Assembly: GCA_965248575.1 (NCBI GenBank)
Contig: CBDFJQ010000002.1
Span: 3,456,001 to 3,520,000 of the forward strand
Direction: 5' to 3'
DNA from: Planctomycetota bacterium
Lineage (GTDB): Bacteria; Planctomycetota; B15-G4
Length of the DNA: 64,000 nt
In this document: positions 18,843 to 28,271 of the stretch, in pieces
Numbering within the stretch: the stretch's first letter is position 1
Layout: every line of letters begins with the position of its first letter
Position numbers and translations under genes: made by a program
Notes under the pieces: model-generated
Databases searched by the model: none
What the model saw: only the letters and a program-made list of their open reading frames with translations
What the model was told of the DNA's origin: nothing

Positions 18843-19535
18843 TCAAGGAGCCGGCGCCATCACCGCCTGGCGGGCCCGTTCTTCAGCCTCTGCCATGGCT
18901 TTCTCGAGTCGCTCTCGATAGACGGTTTCGAGCTCCTCTCGCGGAGTACCCCGCGGCACGTGCAGCTCGTCGCCAAAGGCCACGACGACCCTGCTCAGGG
19001 GTTTGCCGATGACGAGCCGATCCCAGCTGTTGAGGTGCCACGCACGGTCCACCCAGAGACCCATGGGGACGATCGGCAAGCCCGTCAAGCTCGCCGTGAA
19101 CAGGACGCCAGGCTTGGCCACTCGGCTAGGCCCCTTGGGCCCGTCGATGGTCACGACCAGGTCTGCCTCGCCCTCCCGGGCAGCGCGAGCGAAGTCGCGC
19201 AGGGCCTTGGACCCCCCGCGTGTGCTGGATCCTCGGACGAGCTCAAAGCCACGCCGGGCGAGCATCTTGGCGATGATCTCGCCGTCGCGATGGTTGCTGA
19301 CCATCACCGAGTTGCCCTGCCCTTGGAGTGGCACGCAGCCGTGCCACAGCTGGCAGTGCCACGCGGCGTAGATGCAGCGGCCCGGCTGACCGTTCCGCCG
19401 CCGCTCCGCGTACGTCGGCGTCAGAAGGCGTTGCCGACAGACTGCCGTCAGAAGCCAGTTCATGAACCCCGCCACGATGCTGACGAGGGTCTGCTTCAGC
19501 GGGCTCTCGGGTTTGCTTTTCCTCTCACCGGGCAT
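18843..19535 (-). CDS. DUF374 / lysophospholipid acyltransferase family protein
   Basis: WH, SNHRDGEII, RGSSTRGG, DGPKGP, SWDR..IGKP motifs. Confidence 0.85.
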   Translation of the reverse strand: MPGERKSKPESPLKQTLVSIVAGFMNWLLTAVCRQRLLTPTYAERRRNGQPGRCIYAAWHCQLWHGCVPLQGQGNSVMVSNHRDGEIIAKMLARRGFELVRGSSTRGGSKALRDFARAAREGEADLVVTIDGPKGPSRVAKPGVLFTASLTGLPIVPMGLWVDRAWHLNSWDRLVIGKPLSRVVVAFGDELHVPRGTPREELETVYRERLEKAMAEAEERARQAVMAPAP

Positions 19536-19640
19536 GACGAGAGGACGCTACCGCTTGGGCGCCTCGTGACCAAGGCGCATTGCCCGGCTCGGGCAAGAAT
19601 CGTCACGAGGCGCCCCTGAACGAGGGCTTTGCTTCGGGCC

Positions 19641-21827
19641 CTAGTTGAACTTCAGGACGTCGTCGCCTTCTCCACCGTTGTCCACGCCGTCTGGCCCGTT
19701 GCTCCAAAGCTTCGGCTTCGCGCGGGACTTGCCTGGAGGCGCCTCAAGGGCGAAATGGTAGCTGTTGCCCCAGGGATCCACGGGAAGCGTGTCCCGGGGC
19801 AGGGCCCCATCCTCATAGTCGGGCAACGGTGCCAAGAGATCTTCGAGGCTCTCGGGGTATCCGCCAGTCGTGATCTTGTAGACGGTGCACGCGGCCTTGA
19901 GTTCGCGGAGATCGATGGTCGCCTGCTCGGCGGGATCGATCGCCTGCTCCGCTTCCTCAATCTGGATGCCCTCTGCCCTTCCGATGCCCACCAAACAGGC
20001 CACGATGGCCAGGGGCACGAAGTCAGCAGCCTGGAACTGAGAGACGGAGCTCGAAACGATGTAGCCGTTGCTGTCCGTGTACGTCGCTGAGTAGCTCTCG
20101 GTGAGGTGTTGGGCGACAGCTTGCTCCGGGGGCAGCTTGGAGAAATCGACCGGCACGTCACCGGCCATCGCCCCCACCATGGGCAGGAATCCGGCAATCT
20201 GGCCGTACTGCGTCCTGAAGCTGGCATCCGTGTCCGTGAAGCTCACGGACGCGAGCTGGGCGTCCTTCCCGAGGCTGTCGAGGAAACTCGCCAAGCCGGG
20301 GTTCGTGTCCAGGGTCTCGCCCTGCGCAGTGCCCGCGTTGAGGGTGCTCTTCAGGCGGCGCACCTGGTTGGAGAACACCATCTGGCCCTCCTTCACGGCG
20401 AAGGCTGGCTGCATGACGGCACCCACCGGCGTCGCCGAGAGATCCAGCTCGTAGATGGTCCCGCCTTCGTGATCAGAGGATGTGAGCCTCACGGGCATGC
20501 CGGCCTCATCGGAGACCAGCTTTGCCAAGGCCTCCAGCACCGTCACCAGGCCCTGCTCGTTGTGCAGGTTCGTCTTGACCACCTGCTCGGGAGTCCCGGG
20601 GAAGCCCTGTCCAGGAATGCTGTAGGAAATCGAATCCCCGTGGAAGTTGCCCAGCAGGTCATCCCGCAAGCTCGCGCCGTTGAGATAGGCGTCGATCATG
20701 CCTTCGATCTCGCCCCGTGTACCGGGCTCCAGGGTCTCGACCGCCTCCATGGTGAAGTCGTAGATGGCGACGAGTTCGGTGCCCATGGTCCAGAAGCTGG
20801 CGCCCAAGGCTTCGTTCGGCACCTGGGTGATGAGCTGGCGGTCAATGGAGCCGCCAGCCTTCACCATCCCAGGAACCAGTCCGGGGGCAGAGCTGTCGAT
20901 GGAGACTGCTGACATCGTGTGAATCAGGCCGTCAGAACCCACGGACGACGTCCCACCGGCAACCTTGATGGCGTCGAGGCCGATGCTGGCGAAGAGCTCG
21001 GCGATAGACTGTGCCTGTTCGGGTTCGCCGGATTCGGCAGCGCGCATCGTGGCGCCCATCTGCACGATCTGCATCAGGCCGCCGACCCGGGCAAAGTTCG
21101 TTGAGCCTCCCATGCTTGAGCCACCGGTTGCTGCCAGGACCGCCTGGTAGTCCACGTCGGCCGCAAGGCTCGTGCCTTCCGGCGCGGTGCCCTGAAAGCG
21201 ATCAATTACGCCGAAGAGTGCGTCAGCGGAGAGACTGATGATCGCAGTGTCGCCCAAGAACGCCAGGTGAACGGCGAGCGGGGTCTCGGGAATCATCTTC
21301 GCCATGAAGTCGATTCCACCGTGGTTTCCTTCTTCCTGGGGTGCATCGAACGCCCCCCAGAGAGCCCGAAGCATGTCCACGTGCGAAGAATCGAAGAGCT
21401 CCAACCCCACGAGAAGACCGATGTCCGGGACAGGGTTGTCCTCGGAGGTCGGCATCGTGAAATGCGTCAGCGCAAGGAACGCCGCGCCGATGTTCATGCC
21501 CCCGGAAGCGGACGAATCGAAGTCCAACTTCACGTCCTGGGGAATGGACAAGCCTTCGCCCATTTCGTCCCCCATGGAACCTGCAGCTTCAGCCAGGATG
21601 CTGTTCAGGATCGACTCAGCCGCGGCAGTGGGCTTGTGCATGAACGCGCGCACTTCTGCTTCGCCGAGAATCTTCGCCATGGCGGTGTTCTCGGAAGCGG
21701 CCGCACCCGCCTTGATGCTGTCCGTCCCCATGTAGAGGAGGCTGCTCGACGGAAGAAGCTCCGCCGGGTCGGAGGCCGGCGACAGAGCCGCGGCCATGGC
21801 GAGCGTCAATGAGAGGGGGGCGATCAT
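19641..21827 (-). CDS. Large exported protein with C-terminal GspG-type pseudopilin head
   Basis: Sec-type signal; ~600-aa acidic domain; hydrophobic FVPLAIVACLVGIG; then YP.SLEDL...DPWGNSY...LWSNGPDG...DDV. Confidence 0.75.
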   Translation of the reverse strand: MIAPLSLTLAMAAALSPASDPAELLPSSSLLYMGTDSIKAGAAASENTAMAKILGEAEVRAFMHKPTAAAESILNSILAEAAGSMGDEMGEGLSIPQDVKLDFDSSASGGMNIGAAFLALTHFTMPTSEDNPVPDIGLLVGLELFDSSHVDMLRALWGAFDAPQEEGNHGGIDFMAKMIPETPLAVHLAFLGDTAIISLSADALFGVIDRFQGTAPEGTSLAADVDYQAVLAATGGSSMGGSTNFARVGGLMQIVQMGATMRAAESGEPEQAQSIAELFASIGLDAIKVAGGTSSVGSDGLIHTMSAVSIDSSAPGLVPGMVKAGGSIDRQLITQVPNEALGASFWTMGTELVAIYDFTMEAVETLEPGTRGEIEGMIDAYLNGASLRDDLLGNFHGDSISYSIPGQGFPGTPEQVVKTNLHNEQGLVTVLEALAKLVSDEAGMPVRLTSSDHEGGTIYELDLSATPVGAVMQPAFAVKEGQMVFSNQVRRLKSTLNAGTAQGETLDTNPGLASFLDSLGKDAQLASVSFTDTDASFRTQYGQIAGFLPMVGAMAGDVPVDFSKLPPEQAVAQHLTESYSATYTDSNGYIVSSSVSQFQAADFVPLAIVACLVGIGRAEGIQIEEAEQAIDPAEQATIDLRELKAACTVYKITTGGYPESLEDLLAPLPDYEDGALPRDTLPVDPWGNSYHFALEAPPGKSRAKPKLWSNGPDGVDNGGEGDDVLKFN

Positions 21828-22209
21828 GTTCTTGTTCTCCGGTGTGCGATGGATTGCGTGCCGCCCTGTTCCGAAGGCGAATGCGCGCAAGGGGCATAGC
21901 CGCTGACGTGCTGCGTTTCCAGCTCGCCGGACCCAGAACAGGAGAGGGGTCTCAAGCGGAGTGTCGTGACGCGCGCACCGTGAGCGACTGCTGATGATTG
22001 CCCACGATGTCGAACCTCCACAAGAGAGCCGATTCCCCTGACACCGAATCGACATCCAACATTGGGCTGTGGCCTTGTCGGATGAGTCCTCAGAGGTCAA
22101 CATGCTGCGACAAGCAGGAGTCGGTGCCCCTTGGGGCGATATGGGTCACAAACACCCATCAAAGTTTCTATAAAGTGACTGTAAATCATACGTAAAGGCA
22201 AGACACACG

Positions 22210-22578
22210 ATGAATCCTTGGTTCAAGCTAGCTCTCGGCGCCACTCTGGCCGCCATCGTCATCGTCTTCATCCGCGACTCCATGGCTCAAGGAGAGTCCG
22301 ATGCCTGGAGCCGCCTGGCCGAGGCTCGGGTTCAAGAAGACGCCGTGGAAGCGCTTGAGCGTGTTCGGGAGTCAGCGGACGGAACCGCCAGCGAACCCTG
22401 GGTCGCCTACGACCTCACGATGGCCCTCTACGACAAAGGCGGAGCTCAGGACCTGAAGCGCGCCGCTCAAGTTGCTCAGGCAGCTCTCACGGAGTACCCG
22501 GAACACGCCGTGAGCACGCTTCTCAAGGACCTCTTGCCTGCATTGAACTCATACGGCGCGGCAGCTGCAGGCTCGTAG
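22210..22578 (+). CDS. Small membrane-anchored helical (TPR-like) protein
   Basis: N-terminal TM helix, then an alanine-rich helical region ending in EYPEH. Confidence 0.65.
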   Translation: MNPWFKLALGATLAAIVIVFIRDSMAQGESDAWSRLAEARVQEDAVEALERVRESADGTASEPWVAYDLTMALYDKGGAQDLKRAAQVAQAALTEYPEHAVSTLLKDLLPALNSYGAAAAGS

Positions 22579-22670
22579 TCGGCGTTCTCGTTCGCCGACC
22601 AGCCCTGTCATAAGCCAATCAGTAGCAGGCTGTTACAGCTTCTTGGACCCCCAGGTGCGAGCGGGGCCCG

Positions 22671-23561
22671 CTAGCCCTCGACCGTCTCACCAGCTGTCAT
22701 GAGCAGGTGAATCAAGCGGTCGCGGTCCTCATCCGAGAAGAAGGCGAAACTGACGTCGCCTCGACCACCGCGATCCACGATGCGGACCTTGGTCCCGAAC
22801 CTGAGGCGCAGCTCATCCTCATAGTGCTTCCGGTGCTTGAGCTCCGGTGCCGTACCCGAGTCGCCTTGGGCTGCCTTGCTGCCACGCGACTTGCGGGCTG
22901 CCGGAGGCTGCCCTCCGCGGACCGACTGCTCGACCTGACGCACCGACCAGCGATCCCGGATCGCAGTCTCAGCGATCTCGGCCATTCGTTCGGGGCTGCC
23001 AGCAGCCAGGAGAGCCCTAGCCTGCCCGGCAGAAAGATCCCCGCCTGCCAGGTGATCTCGAACAGAGTCGGGCAGATCCAGCAGCCGGAGCGAATTCGTC
23101 ACGGAGGCCCGACTCTTACCCACTTGCTCGGCAAGCTCCTGGTGAGTCACCCCTGTGCTGAGCAAGAGCTGTTTGTAGGCCGCCGCTTCATCCAACGGGG
23201 TGAGGTTCTCCCTTTGAATGTTCTCGATCAGGGCAAGCTCGAGTGAACGAACGCCCTCGGCGTCAATCACCGAGACCGGGATCGTCGTGCGCCCTGCGAT
23301 GTGGCTTGCCCGGAATCGCCGCTCGCCGGCTACGAGCTCGTATCCACTGTCGATCCGGCGAACAACGATGGGCTGCAGCACCCCGTGGTTCTCGATGGAG
23401 GTCGCCAGACCCTCCAAGGCGCGCTCATCCATGACATGGCGTGGCTGGTTGGGGTTGACCCGGATCTCAGACAGAGCGACTTCTGTGGTGCTTGAGGTCG
23501 ACTCCGGGCGGACTGTCCTAGATATCAGGCTGTCGAGCCCCCTACCCAATCTTGATTCCAC
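22671..23561 (-). CDS. parB: Chromosome partitioning protein ParB/Spo0J
   Basis: LGRGLDSLI, NPNQPR, GVLQPIVVR, AGERRFRA, LIENIQRENL, HTH; GTG start with upstream GAGG. Confidence 0.95.
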   Translation of the reverse strand: MESRLGRGLDSLISRTVRPESTSSTTEVALSEIRVNPNQPRHVMDERALEGLATSIENHGVLQPIVVRRIDSGYELVAGERRFRASHIAGRTTIPVSVIDAEGVRSLELALIENIQRENLTPLDEAAAYKQLLLSTGVTHQELAEQVGKSRASVTNSLRLLDLPDSVRDHLAGGDLSAGQARALLAAGSPERMAEIAETAIRDRWSVRQVEQSVRGGQPPAARKSRGSKAAQGDSGTAPELKHRKHYEDELRLRFGTKVRIVDRGGRGDVSFAFFSDEDRDRLIHLLMTAGETVEG

Positions 23562-23655
23562 GCTCAGCACCTCTTCCGTTGGTTCCGCTGCGCCCCAAGC
23601 CGGCACTCGGCGACGAACCGAAGATAAGCAGGCCAGGACGGGCAATCAACGTGAT

Positions 23656-23671
23656 GGTTTCACGTGAAACA
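23656..23671. promoter_or_regulatory. parS centromere-like site
   Basis: GGTTTCACGTGAAACA, 15/16 match to TGTTTCACGTGAAACA, 94 nt upstream of parB. Confidence 0.9.
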
Positions 23672-23716
23672 TCTCCCCGGCCCACGGAGGCAAAGGGAAC
23701 GGCACGCCGAACCGGG

Positions 23717-23738
23717 CAAAAGGAGCCCCTGGGGCTCC
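23717..23738 (-). terminator. Putative intrinsic terminator after the HPr-fusion gene
   Basis: Minus strand GGAGCCC-CAG-GGGCTCC-TTTTG, about 10 nt after the stop codon. Confidence 0.55.
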
Positions 23739-23747
23739 AGCCAGGGC

Positions 23748-25040
23748 CTAGGAACTCGTGCGCAGGTAGCTCAACTCATCGGGGAGCTCACCCAGCTCTC
23801 CCAGACCATGCTCGAACAGGATGAGCAGGTCGGCCAGCGATCTCGCGTCCCCGCGTGCCTGGACGGAAGAAGGGCGGGGGTGCTTTCCAGCCAGCATGAT
23901 CAAGCCCATGAGCGACAGAGCTGAGCAAGCCTCGCCTTCCAGAGAGATCTCAAGAGGAGTCCGGTGATGCCTTGCCACTTGCACAATCAGAGCCAGCGGG
24001 CGGGCGTGAAGGCTGACCCCCTTGGGCATTTGCAAGGAAACGGTCTGCTGCCCCGCAAAGGTCTCGATGATCTTCTGCGCAACCGGAGAGCAGCTCTCCA
24101 CGATCATGTAGGCCTGGCGCAGGCAGGTGTTCACCGCCACGTCGAGCACAGCCTCCTTGGAGACGAGCCGAGAGATCTCCGATTTCGCTCCTTGGTGGCG
24201 AATGTCGTTCTCATGCCGCTCGTAGAAGTGGACGAGCCCAGTGGCCATCTCGAGTAAGTGACGCGCCACAGAGACGTGGCCTCGCAGGTTCCTGAGCCAA
24301 GCGTGCTCCCCCTCAAGCGAGGTCAGAAGCACATAGGTGTCGTACATCGACTGGATGTTGTGGACAGCAGACTCATACCAGCGGCAGCGCTCCTCCGTGG
24401 CGTGTTCAGCCACATAGCGAGCCAAGCCCTCTGCAGGGCGCCGGTGGCCTAGCTCGAGCTGGCGACTGGCCTTGAGCACCGCCTGAAACCGACTGCCCAA
24501 CTCAGCGATGTGTTGTCGCTCGCCGCTCGACGCATCTGCATCCAGATTCCGGGGAAGGAGGCGCCGAACGGTCGGCTTCGGACCTTCCCAGACCTCCGCA
24601 GCCTTCCACGGAATCTTCAGGTCCTCAGCGCATGTCAGCAAGCCCCCACAGAGCGATATGAGCGCGCCCTCTAGAACATGGTCCGCTGCTTCCAAATCCT
24701 CTTGGAGCTGCTCCGTCTCACCGAGGAGCTGATAGCGAGAGATTCGGGAAAGCAGGTAGAGCCCGCTACTTCTGACCCTCGACAGACCACGCAAAGAGGC
24801 CACCAACTCCCCGAAGGTGGCAAACGTGCGATTCTCCCTCGCGCCGAAGTCGTCGAGGTAGGTCTCCAGCTCGTCCGCTGCTTCCCCCAACCGCGAAAGT
24901 GGGCCTGGCTGAGCAAGCTGCGTGGGGTCCTGGACCAGAGCCGCCACCATCTCCCCCAAGGGGGTCGCGATCTCTGAGAGCAAGGTGACGAAGTCCTCCT
25001 CAAGCAGGATGACATCGCGCGCGTGAATGGTCTGGTTCAT
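23748..25040 (-). CDS. Long HPr-family phosphocarrier fusion protein
   Basis: C-terminal ~95 aa with LHARP (His15 equivalent) and ALSLMGL (Ser46 equivalent); ~330-aa helical N-terminal region of unknown function. Confidence 0.8.
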   Translation of the reverse strand: MNQTIHARDVILLEEDFVTLLSEIATPLGEMVAALVQDPTQLAQPGPLSRLGEAADELETYLDDFGARENRTFATFGELVASLRGLSRVRSSGLYLLSRISRYQLLGETEQLQEDLEAADHVLEGALISLCGGLLTCAEDLKIPWKAAEVWEGPKPTVRRLLPRNLDADASSGERQHIAELGSRFQAVLKASRQLELGHRRPAEGLARYVAEHATEERCRWYESAVHNIQSMYDTYVLLTSLEGEHAWLRNLRGHVSVARHLLEMATGLVHFYERHENDIRHQGAKSEISRLVSKEAVLDVAVNTCLRQAYMIVESCSPVAQKIIETFAGQQTVSLQMPKGVSLHARPLALIVQVARHHRTPLEISLEGEACSALSLMGLIMLAGKHPRPSSVQARGDARSLADLLILFEHGLGELGELPDELSYLRTSS

Positions 25041-25202
25041 AGGTCTCGCTCCGTGCGGCGGGAGTCTATCACGCGCAGATTTTAGCCGTCCCGGACCCGA
25101 CCTCGTGGAATCTCGTCTCCGGCGAAGAACGACTCAAGCTCCCCTCCAATCCAGGCCGAAAACACGCTCTGGTAGGTTTCCTCCAGCCTCGGGCAAGCAC
25201 TC

Positions 25203-26045
25203 ATGGGTGACAGCAAGACTTCGAAACGCTCAGACCTGTCGATTGAGATCTACCTCAGGGAGATCAATCGAGTCAGTCTGCTCACCGCGGATGAAGAGAA
25301 GGCACTCGCCGTCAAGGTGCAGGCCGGCTGTCCAGAAGCTCGCGACCACCTTGCACTGTCCAACCTTCGGCTGGTCGTGAGCATCGCCAAGCGCTACATG
25401 AACCGTGGGTTGAGCCTGCTAGACCTCATTGAGGAGGGAAACGTCGGGCTCATGCGGGGTGTCGAGAAGTTCGACCCCAATGCCAACTGCCGGTTCTCGA
25501 CCTACGCGACCTGGTGGATCAAGCAGTCAATCCGACGAGCCCTGACCAACACCGTCAAGACGGTCCGTATCCCGTCCTACATGGTGGAGCTCATGTCCCG
25601 CTGGCAGCAGACCACCAACAAGCTTTTGCTGAGCTTGGGTCGTGAGCCAACTCCGGAAGAGATTGCCGAGGACATGGAGATCAAGGCCGAGTCCGCTGCC
25701 TCGATCCAAGGAGCCCTCAAGACCGCCTCCCGCTACACGCAGTCGTTCTCCACGGACGACAAGTCCGGCAAGCTCGCGGACGTGATCGTGGACCCGAACT
25801 CACCGGACCCCCGAGAAACACATCTGCAGGACACCGAGCTGACCAGAATGATGGGTCACCTCGAGTGCCTGGATGACCGCCAGCAGAAGATCCTGAGGAT
25901 GCGCTTTGGCCTTGGATATGATGACGCCATGACGCTGAAGGAGATCGGGCACGAAATGGGCCTGACTCGTGAGCGCGTCCGTCAGATCCAAAACGAAGCC
26001 CTCACAAAGCTCTTCTCCGCGATGAACGAAGGAGAGCCCGTCTAA
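25203..26045 (+). CDS. RNA polymerase sigma factor, RpoD/RpoS family lacking region 1.1
   Basis: [58 protein letters not shown]. Confidence 0.95.
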   Translation: MGDSKTSKRSDLSIEIYLREINRVSLLTADEEKALAVKVQAGCPEARDHLALSNLRLVVSIAKRYMNRGLSLLDLIEEGNVGLMRGVEKFDPNANCRFSTYATWWIKQSIRRALTNTVKTVRIPSYMVELMSRWQQTTNKLLLSLGREPTPEEIAEDMEIKAESAASIQGALKTASRYTQSFSTDDKSGKLADVIVDPNSPDPRETHLQDTELTRMMGHLECLDDRQQKILRMRFGLGYDDAMTLKEIGHEMGLTRERVRQIQNEALTKLFSAMNEGEPV

Positions 26046-26049
26046 GCAC

Positions 26050-27363
26050 TTGCCAGACCTGCTCGACCGCGGCCCACCTTCCTCTTTACGCAATCTGTAT
26101 GTGCACGTGCCCTTCTGCACGGACCGCTGCACCTATTGCGCTTTTGCGACGATCGCCAACAAGCCCGATCTGCATCAGGGCCTGATAGACGCCCTGATCG
26201 CCGAGTATGACCGGGTTTCACTGAAACCAGACGGTCTCGAGACCGTCTACATCGGTGGGGGAACTCCGGGGCTTCTCGCCCCACGGCACTTGCAGCAGCT
26301 CCTCGATGCGCTGACCAAGGTCGGTCCGCTCCAGGACGACGCTGAGGTCACTCTCGAGGTCAACCCGGACAACGTTCGCTTGGAATCCCTGGCGGCCTGG
26401 ACCGAGCTGGGAGTCACTCGACTCTCCATGGGCATCCAAACTTTCCACGACGCAACCCTGTCCCGCCTGGGACGCCACCACGACGGAGCCAGGGCCAAGC
26501 AGGCCCTTCAGCTCATCGCGGACAACTGGACGGGAACCTGGTCGGCCGACCTGCTCGTGGGTTGGGAGAACCAGACTCCTGACCACCTGCAATCAGATCT
26601 TCAGTCGCTCGTTGCCTACACGCCGCCGCACGTTTCCGTGTACGGACTCACCCTCGAACCGGGAACGCCTTTGTGGCATGTACACCAAATTGGTCGCAAA
26701 CAGCCACTAAACAGCGTGGAAAGTGCGCTGTTGGATGATATTTGGCAATCAACACTGACATACCGGGGGTATGAGCGGTATGAGGTCTCCAACTTCGCCA
26801 AGCCCGGTGGGAGAAGTCGGCACAACCAAGCCTATTGGTCAAATAGGGACTACTTAGGCATAGGTCCTGGGTCATCGAGCTCACAACACCCCTTCAGGTG
26901 GAGCAACGTTCGAGACACGGGCCACTACATGCGCCTGCTCGAATCCGGGATGGGCACAAAGAGCTGGATAGAACGACTGGCCCCCCCGGAGAGGCTGCTG
27001 GAGAGCCTTGCTGTGGGCCTTCGAACCAAGGATGGGCTACCGACATCCGAACTCGACCGCCGCTTCGGACCCTCGTGGAGAACCGAAATCGAGGCTGGCC
27101 TCGCTGAACTATCTCAGCTCGGTCTGCTCGAGGAGGTCGAACCCGGAGATGCTCGCGCATTGGAGCGGCGGCTGCGCGTCCCGCCTTCCGCACTGACCCG
27201 CGCCGACAGCATTGCCGGCGTCTTGGCTCGAACCTTTCGGGATCTAGAACATCAGACTGCGCACGCCGATCCAGAAGGCGTGCAGCCACGCCCCACCGTG
27301 CAATTTCGGAGTGGGTTGGATATGACCAAAGACCCGACCGCCCCCGAGAGCAAGACACCATGA
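26050..27363 (+). CDS. hemW: Radical SAM heme chaperone HemW
   Basis: YVHVPFCTDRCTYCAF, GGGTP, YEVSNFA, HNQAYW (HNxxYW). Confidence 0.85.
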   Translation: MPDLLDRGPPSSLRNLYVHVPFCTDRCTYCAFATIANKPDLHQGLIDALIAEYDRVSLKPDGLETVYIGGGTPGLLAPRHLQQLLDALTKVGPLQDDAEVTLEVNPDNVRLESLAAWTELGVTRLSMGIQTFHDATLSRLGRHHDGARAKQALQLIADNWTGTWSADLLVGWENQTPDHLQSDLQSLVAYTPPHVSVYGLTLEPGTPLWHVHQIGRKQPLNSVESALLDDIWQSTLTYRGYERYEVSNFAKPGGRSRHNQAYWSNRDYLGIGPGSSSSQHPFRWSNVRDTGHYMRLLESGMGTKSWIERLAPPERLLESLAVGLRTKDGLPTSELDRRFGPSWRTEIEAGLAELSQLGLLEEVEPGDARALERRLRVPPSALTRADSIAGVLARTFRDLEHQTAHADPEGVQPRPTVQFRSGLDMTKDPTAPESKTP

Positions 27364-28271
27364 CGAACCTCTTCGCCGACCGCCTCGCCAACGCCGTTCT
27401 CAGCAAGGGCTCTTCGGTGGTGGTGGGGCTCGACCCAGACATCAGGAAGTTCCCTCTTGAGTTGCTTCCAGCCGCGCCAGATGAGCTCAGCCGGGAACAG
27501 GCCGCGGGGGCCATCCGCGCATTCAACGACGTCGTTCTGGAGCAGGTGGCGCCCTACGCATGCGCTGTCAAACCCCAGATCGCCTACTACGAAGCCTGGG
27601 GGGCTCCTGGCATCCAGGCCTTCGAGGACACAGTGCGAAAGGCCCATGAGCTAGGACTCCTGGTCATCTCTGATATCAAGCGAGGCGACATCGGCTCCAC
27701 GGCGAGCGCCTACGCCGCAGCACACCTGCTCGCGCCCGAGGCGGGCGACGCCATCACGGTGAACCCCTACCTCGGAACCGACAGCATCCAGCCCTTTTTA
27801 GACGCCTGCCAGGCCTGTCATGGCGGGTTGTTCATCCTTGTCCGCACGTCCAACCCGTCTGCTCGTGACATCCAGGACCTGGACTCAGGGGGCCAGCCCG
27901 TCCACGAACATGTCGCCAAACTCGTCAAGGAATGGGGCAGCACCCTCGTGGGGCGCCATGGCTACTCGAGCGTGGGCGCCGTTGTCGGCGCGACAGCCCC
28001 GGAAGAGCTCGCCAAGCTCCGATCGATGCTGCCGAACACCTGGTTCCTGATCCCAGGGGTCGGAGCACAGGGAGGCAAAGCGTCCGATGTCGCTGCAGCC
28101 TTCGACGAACGAGGGCTCGGTGCTGTCATCAACTCGTCGCGCGGGATCCTCTACGCCTTTGGCGACCCTGCGACCAAGGATTGGCGAACGCCCATCGGTG
28201 AAGCTGCCAAGGTGTTGCGGGATCAACTCGCCGAAGCGGCCGGCCCAAGCCTTGCCCGGAACGGCCCGTGA
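27360..28271 (+). CDS. pyrF: Orotidine-5'-phosphate decarboxylase (subfamily 2)
   Basis: VGLDP, KPQIAYYE, DIKRGDIGST, NPYLG, RTSN, PGVGAQGG, NSSRGI. Confidence 0.95.
   Translation: MTNLFADRLANAVLSKGSSVVVGLDPDIRKFPLELLPAAPDELSREQAAGAIRAFNDVVLEQVAPYACAVKPQIAYYEAWGAPGIQAFEDTVRKAHELGLLVISDIKRGDIGSTASAYAAAHLLAPEAGDAITVNPYLGTDSIQPFLDACQACHGGLFILVRTSNPSARDIQDLDSGGQPVHEHVAKLVKEWGSTLVGRHGYSSVGAVVGATAPEELAKLRSMLPNTWFLIPGVGAQGGKASDVAAAFDERGLGAVINSSRGILYAFGDPATKDWRTPIGEAAKVLRDQLAEAAGPSLARNGP

Noticed and set aside
22141..22209. AT-rich patch as alternative origin
   Set aside because: Short, directly upstream of a gene in a divergent intergenic region, no DnaA boxes; more simply a promoter.
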